In this document: positions 27,720 to 37,011 of the stretch, piece by piece
Layout of the letters: each line of letters starts with the position of its first letter
Position numbering within the stretch: position 1 is the first letter of the stretch
Assembly: GCA_947631105.1 (NCBI GenBank)
Contig: CANRKD010000001.1
Location: forward strand, 1-54,845
DNA from: an uncultured Bacilli bacterium
GTDB taxonomy: Bacteria; Bacillota_I; Bacilli_A; RF39; UBA660
Direction: 5' to 3'
DNA: 54,845 nucleotides
The notes under the pieces: generated by a model
Told to the model about the DNA's origin: nothing
Database searches by the model: none
Seen by the model: only the letters and a program-made list of their open reading frames with translations
Position numbers and translations under genes: made by a program

Positions 27720-28845
27720 AATTATCACCTATTAAATATTTTCGTAAATTAATATATACAGGGCAAATATAAGTACATAAACCACAATGTATACATTTTA
27801 CCTTTTTACTTTTTTCATAAGCTAATAAAGGATTTGAACCAATAGGACAAATTTCAACACATTTGCCACACTTTATACAATTTTGAGCTTTCACTTTCTT
27901 TTTTTTCATAATAACTATACCATCTAATTCTTTGCTAACAATTAAATTTTCAATATCTAGTTGTGCCCCTTTCATTAAACCATTACTATAGATATCAAAT
28001 TCATTGATTGGAATATTATAAAAATTTTTTAGAATATCAATAATTTTCGTTCCAATTTTCACATTAAATACTTGAGGATTTTCAATGGCATCTCCCGTAA
28101 TCGTTAAATATTTCTCCGTAATAGGTTTTCTTTTTTTTAAGTTAGTATAAAGAGTAAATAGCTCGCTTGCTTTAAGAAATAAATAATTGTCCTTGATATG
28201 TAATCTCGTCAGCAAATTTTGTTCTTCGCCAATTAAATACAAATCTTCTACTAAACGCAATTTTATATTTGGATATGTTCCTAAAAAATTATTATAAGCA
28301 GCTATATTTTCACCATCTAAATTTTTAATAACAATCATGACTTGAGCATTTTGATAAATATTAGATAACATATCAATCGTTTCCAATATAATTTTGGTAT
28401 TTTCTTTTTGGGTAAATATTTCATTCGCTATATAAGGTTCATCATCGATTCCACATATTATGATATATTTTAGATGATTATCTTTTATTATTTTATTAAA
28501 ATGGATATCAATAAGATCCTTTTTTATATCTTCTTTTGACAGATTATTAATTTTTTTACGGACTGCTTTTCTATTAGAAATTAATTCTTTAAAATCATTT
28601 TCTATAACTAAACATTTTGAAATAGTATTATTCCATAAAGTACATTCTTGAATTCCTATGATATTCCCCGATACAGGAGAATATACATTTGAAAAAAGTA
28701 ATTCTCCTTTTTTAATTTTCTTTTTTTTTAATAAAGAAATTTCTTCTTTTTTAATAGGAATATAAATATAATCTGGATTTAAAAATGCTGTAATTTTACT
28801 TTTTAATTTTATTTCATAATTTTTATCTAGATGAATCAATTTCAT
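27712..28845 (-). CDS. RnfC-like iron-sulfur protein (377 aa) with a degenerate nucleotide-binding segment
   Basis: An N-terminal barrel is present (SPVSGNIIGI). GIDDEPY stands where RnfC has GAECEPY. An SLBB-like segment is present (LTITGDAIENPQVFNVKIGT). Two ferredoxin motifs are present (CIKCGKCVEICP and CIHCGLCTYICP). Confidence 0.6.
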   Translation of the reverse strand: MKLIHLDKNYEIKLKSKITAFLNPDYIYIPIKKEEISLLKKKKIKKGELLFSNVYSPVSGNIIGIQECTLWNNTISKCLVIENDFKELISNRKAVRKKINNLSKEDIKKDLIDIHFNKIIKDNHLKYIIICGIDDEPYIANEIFTQKENTKIILETIDMLSNIYQNAQVMIVIKNLDGENIAAYNNFLGTYPNIKLRLVEDLYLIGEEQNLLTRLHIKDNYLFLKASELFTLYTNLKKRKPITEKYLTITGDAIENPQVFNVKIGTKIIDILKNFYNIPINEFDIYSNGLMKGAQLDIENLIVSKELDGIVIMKKKKVKAQNCIKCGKCVEICPIGSNPLLAYEKSKKVKCIHCGLCTYICPVYINLRKYLIGDNYE

Positions 28846-28892
28846 TTTGAATACTCCTTAATTCATATTATACTATACTTCTTTTTAATTGC

Positions 28893-30653
28893 CTATTTAA
28901 AATCTTTTAAAAATTCATATAAATTTTTAGCCACTTCTTTTGGTAGAATTTTTTCTAACTCTTCTACGGTAGCTTGTTTCATTTTATTTACACTGCCATA
29001 CTGCTTAATAAGCTCTTTTTTTCTTTTTCCACCTATACCATAAACGTTATCTAAAATACTTGATATACTTCCTTTACTTCGAATGGTTCTATGATAATTA
29101 ATAGTAAAGCGATGCACCTCATCTTGCATACGAGTTAAATAATGAAACAAATTACTTGTTCGATCAATTTCAATAACTTCTAAACTTTCTAAAACTAAAT
29201 CATTAGTACGATGATGATCATTTTTCTTTAAACCACAAACCATAATTTTTAAATCTAAATCCTTTAAAATTTCTTTACATGCTCGAATTTGATTTTCTCC
29301 CCCATCCACAAGAATTAAATCAGGGATTTCACTTTGTTCTTGTTTCATTCGTGAATATCTTCTCCAAATAACTTCTCGCATTGTATTATAATCATCATTT
29401 TTTTCCATACTAATCTTAAATTTTCTATAGTCCTTTTTACTAGGTCGTCCATTTTTAAAAACCACCATACCACTAACTGAAAAACTACCAAATAAATTAG
29501 AATTATCAAATAAATCGATTCGATATAAATGTTTTAATCCTAATAAATTTTTTAATTCATCATTAGCTGCTTCTGTTATATATTCATCCTTTTTAATCAA
29601 TTCTAATTCTCGTTCTAAATTTAACTTACTATTTAATATGGCCATTTCTAATAATTTTTTCTTAGGTCCTCGAGTAGGAGTTAAAAAATGAGTGGAAATT
29701 AAATTTTCTAAAATTTCATGATTTAAATTATCCGTCGTTAAAATTTCTTTTGGTATTTCATGACGAGAGTAAAACTCAGCAATATAATACTCTAGATCAT
29801 CTTCTAATTCACTAACAATAGGAAAAATATCCGATTTTCCACCAACTAATTTTCCGTTACGTAAGAAAAAAATTTGAATACTAATATAACCTTTATCAAA
29901 GTAATAACCAAATATATCTCGATTGATTAAATCATGAAGTTCTACTTTTTGTTTACTCATTACAATCTTAATATATTCTAACTCTTTTTTCATTTCCATA
30001 GCCATTTCAAAGTTCAATGACTCACTATATTCTTGCATTTTAGCTTCCAATCGATTGGTTAAAACTTTGTCATTCCCATTTAAAAAACTTAATATCTCTT
30101 TTTCCATTTTTTCTAATTCAGTTTGATTTAATTTTTTACTACAATACCCTAAACACTCATGAATATGATAATACAAACATAATTCTTTTTGTTTTCCTTC
30201 ACATTTTTTTAAAGGATAAATACGATTTAATAAATTAACAATACGTCTTGCTGCATAAGCATTGGGATAAGGGCCAAATAATTTTTTATTATCTTTCTTT
30301 TTAATATTTAAATATCTTGATACTTTTACTCTTGGATAAGGTTTAGAAATATATTCAATATAAGGATAACTTTTATCATCTTTTAATAAAATATTATATT
30401 TTGGATTAAACTCCTTAATTAAATTAATTTCCATAATAAAAGCTTCTAACTCACTATTAGCCACTATATAGGTAAAATCTGTAATTTCGCTAACCATTTT
30501 AGCAGTCTTACCAGTTTGAGTTCGATTAAAATAAGAAGAAATACGACGATGTAGGTTTTTAGCCTTTCCCACATATATAATGACTCCATCGCTATTACGC
30601 ATTTGATAGCTACCTGGCAAATTTGGAACCAAAGCTAATTTTTCTCTAAACAT
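28893..30653 (-). CDS. uvrC: excinuclease ABC subunit C
   Basis: The GIY-YIG N-terminus is present (GSYQMRNSDGVIIYVGKAKNL), together with a UVR domain, an endonuclease V-like domain and a C-terminal HhH2. 586 aa. Confidence 0.93.
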   Translation of the reverse strand: MFREKLALVPNLPGSYQMRNSDGVIIYVGKAKNLHRRISSYFNRTQTGKTAKMVSEITDFTYIVANSELEAFIMEINLIKEFNPKYNILLKDDKSYPYIEYISKPYPRVKVSRYLNIKKKDNKKLFGPYPNAYAARRIVNLLNRIYPLKKCEGKQKELCLYYHIHECLGYCSKKLNQTELEKMEKEILSFLNGNDKVLTNRLEAKMQEYSESLNFEMAMEMKKELEYIKIVMSKQKVELHDLINRDIFGYYFDKGYISIQIFFLRNGKLVGGKSDIFPIVSELEDDLEYYIAEFYSRHEIPKEILTTDNLNHEILENLISTHFLTPTRGPKKKLLEMAILNSKLNLERELELIKKDEYITEAANDELKNLLGLKHLYRIDLFDNSNLFGSFSVSGMVVFKNGRPSKKDYRKFKISMEKNDDYNTMREVIWRRYSRMKQEQSEIPDLILVDGGENQIRACKEILKDLDLKIMVCGLKKNDHHRTNDLVLESLEVIEIDRTSNLFHYLTRMQDEVHRFTINYHRTIRSKGSISSILDNVYGIGGKRKKELIKQYGSVNKMKQATVEELEKILPKEVAKNLYEFLKDFK

Positions 30654-30676
30654 CCGCTTAACCTCCTTATTCTCGT

Positions 30677-31447
30677 TTATTTTAAAAGATTAGATACTTC
30701 TTTAAAAGATGCCCCCTTATCATACGAAACAAGTGCACTTATTAATTTTTCTACATCATCTGCAGAAACTTCTAAACTATTTTTAGAAACATTATCACTC
30801 TCTAACATCCAATTTTCTATTTTTCCTACACTATTTAACAGTAATGCATAATCACTTGTATAAGAACTGGTTTGTAATAAGGGAATTAAAAATTCATAAT
30901 CGGTATTTTCTAATTTTTCTTTTGATACATCTTGCATCCCTTTAGAAAGAATAGAATTTAAATTACTCGCCACATATTTTGTATTTTCTTGAAATGTTTC
31001 ATCAGTATTAAATTTATTAATTAATTCATTTTCACTATCTTCATCCATATATTCAAACAAGGTTTTTGTTGCATCAGAATCCATGATGACGTACATTTTA
31101 TTTTTTGTATCTAAATCCCATGTATCAATTTTTTCTATCATAGGCATAAACTTCTCATTTTTTTCTTGATAATACTCTTTTACATTATTTTTAGTTACTG
31201 GATAAGTCACAATTGAATAACGAATTTTATAGACAATTAAAATTTCTAAACCAATAATTACTATAAATAAAAGAAATTTTAGAGGTTTAGTAATAAAAGA
31301 TCTCATAATACGGAATGTTTTCACTTTTAATGGCATTTGATCAAATTTTTTTTCAGGTTTTCTTACAAAAAGTAATTTCCACCAAAACCAAATTGGAGCA
31401 GTAATTACTAAAAAAATTATTCTGAAAACATTCTTCAATTTCTCCAT
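30677..31447 (-). CDS. hypothetical membrane protein (256 aa)
   Basis: AGGTGA lies 5 nt before the ATG at 31447. There are two N-terminal hydrophobic helices and then a soluble domain with no motif I recognise. Confidence 0.5.
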   Translation of the reverse strand: MEKLKNVFRIIFLVITAPIWFWWKLLFVRKPEKKFDQMPLKVKTFRIMRSFITKPLKFLLFIVIIGLEILIVYKIRYSIVTYPVTKNNVKEYYQEKNEKFMPMIEKIDTWDLDTKNKMYVIMDSDATKTLFEYMDEDSENELINKFNTDETFQENTKYVASNLNSILSKGMQDVSKEKLENTDYEFLIPLLQTSSYTSDYALLLNSVGKIENWMLESDNVSKNSLEVSADDVEKLISALVSYDKGASFKEVSNLLK

Positions 31448-31536
31448 AAAAATCACCTGTCTATTATTATAACATAAAATTTTAGAATTACTTCAAATTT
31501 GAAGTATTCTACGCTATAATAAATATAGGTGTTTAC

Positions 31537-31896
31537 ATGAAATTATTAAATACATATACTTATGAAATTAAAAAATCAAAATTTATCGCTTACTATTATG
31601 AGATTACTACTAAAGAAGAAGCAGAAACTATTTTAAAATTATTAAAAAAAGAACACAAAAAAGCAAGACATATTCCCTTTGCTTATAAAATTGATGCATT
31701 AGCAAAAAAAAGTGATGATAAAGAACCAAATGGTACAGCAGGTATGCCCATTTATAATTTAATTGAGCACGAAAAGTTAAATCATGTTCTTCTTGCCGTC
31801 GTGCGTTATTTTGGTGGGGTCAAACTCGGTACGGGAGGGCTTTTTCGAGCGTACTTAACTACAGCAAAAGAAGTTATAAAAAAAGAAATTTCATAA
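31537..31896 (+). CDS. IMPACT/YigZ family N-terminal domain protein (UPF0029), 119 aa
   Basis: KSKFIAYYY, HKKARHIPFAYK, DDKEPNGTAG and VVRYFGGVKLGTGGL are the YigZ N-domain signature. The C-terminal domain of full-length YigZ is absent. Confidence 0.7.
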   Translation: MKLLNTYTYEIKKSKFIAYYYEITTKEEAETILKLLKKEHKKARHIPFAYKIDALAKKSDDKEPNGTAGMPIYNLIEHEKLNHVLLAVVRYFGGVKLGTGGLFRAYLTTAKEVIKKEIS

Positions 31897-31956
31897 TTGT
31901 TCTAATTTCTTTTATTTCTCAATTAAAATGAATACTTTTCTACTCAAAATCATAAT

Positions 31957-32250
31957 TTATAATTCTTTAATAATATTTCTAATTTCTTCTTCTGTTTTAA
32001 ATCCAATAACCTTCTTTACTTCAACTTTATCTTTAAAAAAGACAAGTGTAGGTATACTCATGACTCCAAATTGTTGAGCTAATTCAGAATGCATATCCGT
32101 ATTTATTTTAATAATATTTAGATCATTCATTCCCTCTAAAACAGTTGCAAGCATTTTACAAGGTCCACACCAATCAGCATAAAAATCCACTAAATAAATT
32201 CCATTTTCTAAAACATCCTCTAAATTTTCATTTTCTAAATACTTAATCAT
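31957..32250 (-). CDS. trxA: thioredoxin
   Basis: The WCGPC active site is present. 97 aa. Confidence 0.92.
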   Translation of the reverse strand: MIKYLENENLEDVLENGIYLVDFYADWCGPCKMLATVLEGMNDLNIIKINTDMHSELAQQFGVMSIPTLVFFKDKVEVKKVIGFKTEEEIRNIIKEL

Positions 32251-32270
32251 ACCTATTTGCTCCTTTTATT

Positions 32271-32924
32271 TTAATAATTTAATTTATTCTTAGTATTTAA
32301 CTCTCTCAAGTTCTCCTTATTTATAATATTATATTTCAATAAAGTATCTATAGCTTTCGTATTTTTTTCTTTTTGAGAAATATTCTCCTTATTTATATTT
32401 GAAAAATCCTTTATTGCTTGATAAGAATTTTGAGCAATAGAAGAAATAAATGGTGTATTACTCAAAATTTTATCAGCTAACTTACTATTTGTAATTAATT
32501 CGCTATTGATATTTAAACTAGCTAATAAAAATAAGATTAAAAACGTAAAAATATAATATTCTATAAAACCAAAAATTGCCCCCAAAATTTTAGAAGGTAT
32601 TGCTAAAATAATAGTACATTTTAATAAAGTTTCAATTATTCCAGAAATTCTAATAATAACTCGTAATACAATCGATAAAAGACTAAAAACAATTAAAAAC
32701 GCTATTGCCTCATAAACTAAAATATTAATAGCATCAATAGAAAAATTAAAAAATGGAAAATGAGTATATAAAAAAATAGCTATAGGATTTTTTAAATAAA
32801 AAGATAACCATAATACCAAAAGTGTTCCTACCAATGAAACCACACTTTTAATAATTCCCTTTTTAAATCCTACTACGGCTCCACATAAAAGCATCAAAAA
32901 GATTACAGCATCTATTATATTCAT
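32271..32924 (-). CDS. cvpA: CvpA-family membrane protein
   Basis: The N-terminus MNIIDAVIFLMLLCGAVVGFKKGIIKSV is typical of CvpA. It has 4 TM helices. Confidence 0.7.
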   Translation of the reverse strand: MNIIDAVIFLMLLCGAVVGFKKGIIKSVVSLVGTLLVLWLSFYLKNPIAIFLYTHFPFFNFSIDAINILVYEAIAFLIVFSLLSIVLRVIIRISGIIETLLKCTIILAIPSKILGAIFGFIEYYIFTFLILFLLASLNINSELITNSKLADKILSNTPFISSIAQNSYQAIKDFSNINKENISQKEKNTKAIDTLLKYNIINKENLRELNTKNKLNY

Positions 32925-33013
32925 TTTAACAATCCTTTCTTCATTAGTATTATATTATATTTTTCTCGAAATTAAAAGTAATTTATGTTAGAATAAATAA
33001 GAGGTGTTTCCTT

Positions 33014-33955
33014 ATGACAATTGTATTTAAAGTAAGTGATAATATAAAAGATAAAATGATTGATTATTATAAAGATTTAAGACGTGCTAAAACTCCACCT
33101 TATGCTATTTTTCAAGCTATGGAAGCAGATACTCTTATAACTTTATATGAAAGTGGTAAAGTGATGTTCCAAGGAGTTAGTGCTGATGTGGACGCTAATA
33201 TATGGGTAGATTTAGAAAAAAAATTAAATAATCGTATTATTGATATTGCTGAAAACCAAAAGATAAAAGATAAATATAAAGAAGAATTAAATTATTTTTA
33301 TAGTCTCCCTACCATCGGTTCTGATGAAGTAGGAACTGGCGATTATTTTGGGCCAATCATTGTTACAGCTACTTTTGTAGATAAAACAAAAATTGATTTT
33401 ATAAATGAATTAGGAGTTAAAGATTCAAAAAAATTAACAGATGAAAAAATATTAAAAATAGCTCCACAACTAATCAAAGAAATTCCTTATGTTACTTTAA
33501 CCTTAAATAATAAGGATTACAATAAATATCAAAATATAGGATACAATATGAATAAAATAAAAGCTATTTTACATAATAAAGTTTTATATTCGATTACCCA
33601 TAAAGAAGAAAAATATCCTTATGAAAAAATTGTTGTCGATCAATTTGTATACCCCAGAAAATATTTTGAACATATTGCTGAAGCAACAGAAAAAGTTGAA
33701 GATATTACTTTTATTACAAAAGCTGAAAGTAAATGTGCCAGTGTAGCTACAGCAAGTATTATCAGTCGTTATTTCTTTTTGAAAAAAATGGATGAGTTAT
33801 CTCAAACATTAGAAATGGATATACCAAAAGGAGCAAATGATGTTGTCGATCAAGTTGGCATTGAAATTGCTAAAAAATATGGATTTGAAAAATTAAATGA
33901 AATTGCTAAATTAAATTTTAAAAATACAGATAAAATTAAAAAAGCTTTAAGATAA
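33014..33955 (+). CDS. rnhC: ribonuclease HIII
   Basis: An N-terminal TBP-like domain is present, along with the RNase HII/HIII catalytic motif GSDEVGTGDYFGP. 313 aa. Confidence 0.88.
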   Translation: MTIVFKVSDNIKDKMIDYYKDLRRAKTPPYAIFQAMEADTLITLYESGKVMFQGVSADVDANIWVDLEKKLNNRIIDIAENQKIKDKYKEELNYFYSLPTIGSDEVGTGDYFGPIIVTATFVDKTKIDFINELGVKDSKKLTDEKILKIAPQLIKEIPYVTLTLNNKDYNKYQNIGYNMNKIKAILHNKVLYSITHKEEKYPYEKIVVDQFVYPRKYFEHIAEATEKVEDITFITKAESKCASVATASIISRYFFLKKMDELSQTLEMDIPKGANDVVDQVGIEIAKKYGFEKLNEIAKLNFKNTDKIKKALR

Positions 33956-33969
33956 CATTTAAAGCTTTT

Positions 33970-35238
33970 TTATATTACTTCTCCAATCAAATAATTTTCT
34001 TCATATTTTATTGTCTTTACTTTATAAAATTGATTTTTAAAAAGGGGCATTTCTACTTTAATTTTTATATAATTAGAAGTGAAACCGATAGAATAATTTT
34101 CAAAAACTTCTTCTATTAATACCTCTAAACTTGTATTTAAATGTGCCAAATAAAAGTTTTTTTCTAACTCTTTACTAATTTCATTTAATTTATGACTTCG
34201 TTCTTTTTTTACACTATTTTCAACTTGCATTGGCATTCTACTAGATGCAGTACCTTCTCGATTTGAGTAGGGAAATACGTGAATTTTAGAAAATTGAAAT
34301 TTTTGACAAGTAGCAATTGTTTGTAAAAATAATTCATCGGTTTCATAAGGATGCCCTACAATTATATCAGTAGTGATACTTAAATCTTCTTTAATTTTTT
34401 TCAATTTTTCAATTTTTCTTTGAAAATAATCTAAATCATATTTACGATTCATTTTTTTCAATATTTCATCGCTGCCAGCTTGTAGCGGAATATGCAAATG
34501 ATTTACAACTTTAGAATTTCTTTGTATTTCATTTAATATTTTATCATTTAATTCGGTAATTTCAATAGAAGAAATACGTATTCTTTTTAATTCTTTAATT
34601 TTGCTAATTTCTTTAATTAAATCCGCCAAATCATAGTTTTCTATCGTTTTATAAGAACCCGTATGAATTCCTGTTAATACAATTTCTTGATGACCATTTT
34701 GTACTAAAGTTTTGATTTCTTCTATGGCTTTTTTGAAATTTTTACTACGGATATTTTTTCGAACATATGGGATAATACAATAACTACAAAAATTATTACA
34801 ACCGTCTTGAATTTTTACAAAAGCTCTTGTATGACTAGAAAATTTTTGAACTTCCATATCTTCAAACTCCCAATTCGGTTCAGTATAAAATTGAATTATT
34901 CTTTCTTTTTTAATTAAAAATTCCTTTATTTTTTCATGAATATTACTTTTATCTTTATTGCCTATTAAAATATCGATTCCCATATTTTGATACTCTATTT
35001 GTTTATTTTCACTACTACAACCACATACAACTACAATTTTATTTAGCCTTTTAGCTTGTCGAACATGCTTTTTAGACTTATTATCGGCGACATTTGTTAC
35101 AGAACAAGTATTGATTATTACAATATCTGCTTGTTCTAAATTAGACTCCACAAAATTATTTTTTAACATATTTTCTTTAATAATTTCACTTTCATACGCA
35201 TTTACTTTACACCCTAAAGTTATAATATTAAACTTCAT
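33970..35238 (-). CDS. mtaB: tRNA (N6-threonylcarbamoyladenosine) methylthiotransferase (MiaB-like, YqeV)
   Basis: An UPF0004 N-domain is present (ITLGCKVNAYESE). The radical-SAM motif CNNFCSYC and a TRAM-like C-terminus are present. The position downstream of the dnaJ region matches Bacillus. Confidence 0.85.
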   Translation of the reverse strand: MKFNIITLGCKVNAYESEIIKENMLKNNFVESNLEQADIVIINTCSVTNVADNKSKKHVRQAKRLNKIVVVCGCSSENKQIEYQNMGIDILIGNKDKSNIHEKIKEFLIKKERIIQFYTEPNWEFEDMEVQKFSSHTRAFVKIQDGCNNFCSYCIIPYVRKNIRSKNFKKAIEEIKTLVQNGHQEIVLTGIHTGSYKTIENYDLADLIKEISKIKELKRIRISSIEITELNDKILNEIQRNSKVVNHLHIPLQAGSDEILKKMNRKYDLDYFQRKIEKLKKIKEDLSITTDIIVGHPYETDELFLQTIATCQKFQFSKIHVFPYSNREGTASSRMPMQVENSVKKERSHKLNEISKELEKNFYLAHLNTSLEVLIEEVFENYSIGFTSNYIKIKVEMPLFKNQFYKVKTIKYEENYLIGEVI

Positions 35239-35277
35239 ACATCCACCTCAAAATTGTTCGTATTATATCATAATCGT

Positions 35278-35304
35278 ATAAAAAAGAAAAAGGCTTCTGC
35301 CCTT
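35278..35304 (-). terminator. intrinsic terminator
   Basis: On the minus strand, AAGGGC-AGAA-GCCTTT is followed by TTCTTTTTT. Confidence 0.55.
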
Positions 35305-35805
35305 CTAATTTAATAATTCATTTAATGCATTTAAAGCTTTTAAAAATGCCTCTTCATTTGTATACTGAAATAATTTACTTTCAGTTTGTTCTTTTTTCTC
35401 TTCCATATTTTCCTTGATTATTTTATCTAAATCTATTTTTTTTATCGAAACTTCATCATCAGAAATTTTTTCTTCATCATATACAATTTTTCCTTGTTTA
35501 TTTTTTTCTAATAATTCATCATAACTAATGATAGCTTTTTCTTCTTGATCTTTTTCATAACTTGTAAATTCAATTGCTGAAGGTTCATTATTTTGAATAT
35601 TTGTAACAATATCATTTAAATCCACTTCATCTTTAGTTGTTTCTTCAATCATTTCAGTCATTTCAGTATCATTATCACTATTTTTAATAATATATATTAA
35701 AGAAACAACTAATATAATAAGTATTAAAATAGCAAAGTATAGAAGTAAGTCTACATGATTTAAATCAGTCATAAAACCTGCTATATCACTAAAGAGTTGC
35801 TTCAT
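35305..35805 (-). CDS. hypothetical membrane-anchored acidic protein (166 aa)
   Basis: One TM is present (LLLYFAILILIILVVSLIYII), followed by a D/E-rich tail. I recognise no motif. Confidence 0.5.
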   Translation of the reverse strand: MKQLFSDIAGFMTDLNHVDLLLYFAILILIILVVSLIYIIKNSDNDTEMTEMIEETTKDEVDLNDIVTNIQNNEPSAIEFTSYEKDQEEKAIISYDELLEKNKQGKIVYDEEKISDDEVSIKKIDLDKIIKENMEEKKEQTESKLFQYTNEEAFLKALNALNELLN

Positions 35806-35859
35806 TAGAACATCACTTCCTACAACTTATTTTAACATATTTAGCATAAAGTGTAAAAT

Positions 35860-35890
35860 AAAAGAAATATTTTACATAAGTTTATGTAAA
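35860..35890 (-). terminator. hairpin downstream of dnaJ (putative terminator)
   Basis: The palindrome is TTTACATAA-gt-TTATGTAAA (35871-35890). T-rich sequence follows on the minus strand. Confidence 0.4.
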
Positions 35891-35896
35891 CAATTA

Positions 35897-37009
35897 TTAT
35901 TTTAAATATTTTTTAAAATTTCTAAAAATAGTTTCATCATCTAAGCCAGTCTCTGCTAACTCCTCTAACAATTTCTTTTGTTTACGGTTTAATTTGGAAG
36001 GAATTACAACATTCAAAATAACAAACATATCTCCTTTTCGAAGAGAATTTGGTACTTTTATACCTTTTCCTTTTAATTTTAATTTATCTCCAGTAGATGC
36101 TCCTGCTTTAATATCTAATATAACATTATTTTCCAAAGTTGGGATTTCTTTTTTACATCCTAAAGATGCTTCAGCAATAGTCAAAGGAACTTCTAAATAG
36201 ATATTTTCATCTTCTCTTTCAAAAAATTCATGTTTTTTTACAACGAATTCGATATATATATCCCCATTAGGTCCACCATTTCTTCCAGCTTCACCTTTAC
36301 CAGAAATACGAAGTTGATAGCCATTATCTACTCCTTCTGGAACCGTTACTACAATTTCTTTATTTACTTTTATATGGCCTGCACCACGACATTTTGAACA
36401 TTTTTCTTCGTATGTTTTTCCATTTCCACCACAAGCATCACAAACAGTTTGCGTTTGAAAAATACCAAACATAGATTTTTGTTCCATAATAATGGTCCCA
36501 CGTCCATTACATTTTGAACATGTTTTCTCATGAAATCCCCCTGCTCCATGACAGAATTCACAAGTTTCATTTAAGTCAACATTTATACTTTTTTTACAAC
36601 CAAATACTGCTTCTTCAAATGTTAAATTCATTCTGATTAAGCGATCTTGACCTTTAACAGGACCATTTTTACTTCGGTTTCTGCTCCCCCCAAAATTAAA
36701 ACCAAAAGATGAACCAAAGATGTCTTCAAAAATACTACCTAAATCTATATCATCAGCATTAAATCCAGAAAATCCTCCAGCACCGCCTTCGAAAGCCGCA
36801 TGGCCAAATTGATCATATTGACGACGTTTTTCAGGATCAGATAAGATTGCATAGGCTTCGCCAATTTCTTTAAATTTTTCTTCAGCTCCAGGATCTTTAT
36901 TTACATCAGGATGATATTGTTTAGCAAGTTTACGAAAAGCTCTTTTAATTTCCTCATCACTTGCTGACTTTGAAATTCCTAAAACTTCATAATAATCTCT
37001 TTTATTCAT
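35897..37009 (-). CDS. dnaJ: molecular chaperone DnaJ
   Basis: A J-domain with HPD is present (QYHPDVNKD). A G/F-rich linker and four CxxCxGxG zinc motifs are present. Confidence 0.95.
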   Translation of the reverse strand: MNKRDYYEVLGISKSASDEEIKRAFRKLAKQYHPDVNKDPGAEEKFKEIGEAYAILSDPEKRRQYDQFGHAAFEGGAGGFSGFNADDIDLGSIFEDIFGSSFGFNFGGSRNRSKNGPVKGQDRLIRMNLTFEEAVFGCKKSINVDLNETCEFCHGAGGFHEKTCSKCNGRGTIIMEQKSMFGIFQTQTVCDACGGNGKTYEEKCSKCRGAGHIKVNKEIVVTVPEGVDNGYQLRISGKGEAGRNGGPNGDIYIEFVVKKHEFFEREDENIYLEVPLTIAEASLGCKKEIPTLENNVILDIKAGASTGDKLKLKGKGIKVPNSLRKGDMFVILNVVIPSKLNRKQKKLLEELAETGLDDETIFRNFKKYLK

Positions 37010-37011
37010 CT

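Noticed and set aside
35871-35890. dif-like XerCD site (TTTACATAA..TTATGTAAA contains the conserved TTATGTAAA XerD-arm string).
   Set aside because: The arms are separated by 2 nt rather than 6, and the element is a perfect palindrome directly after the dnaJ stop. A terminator hairpin explains it better.
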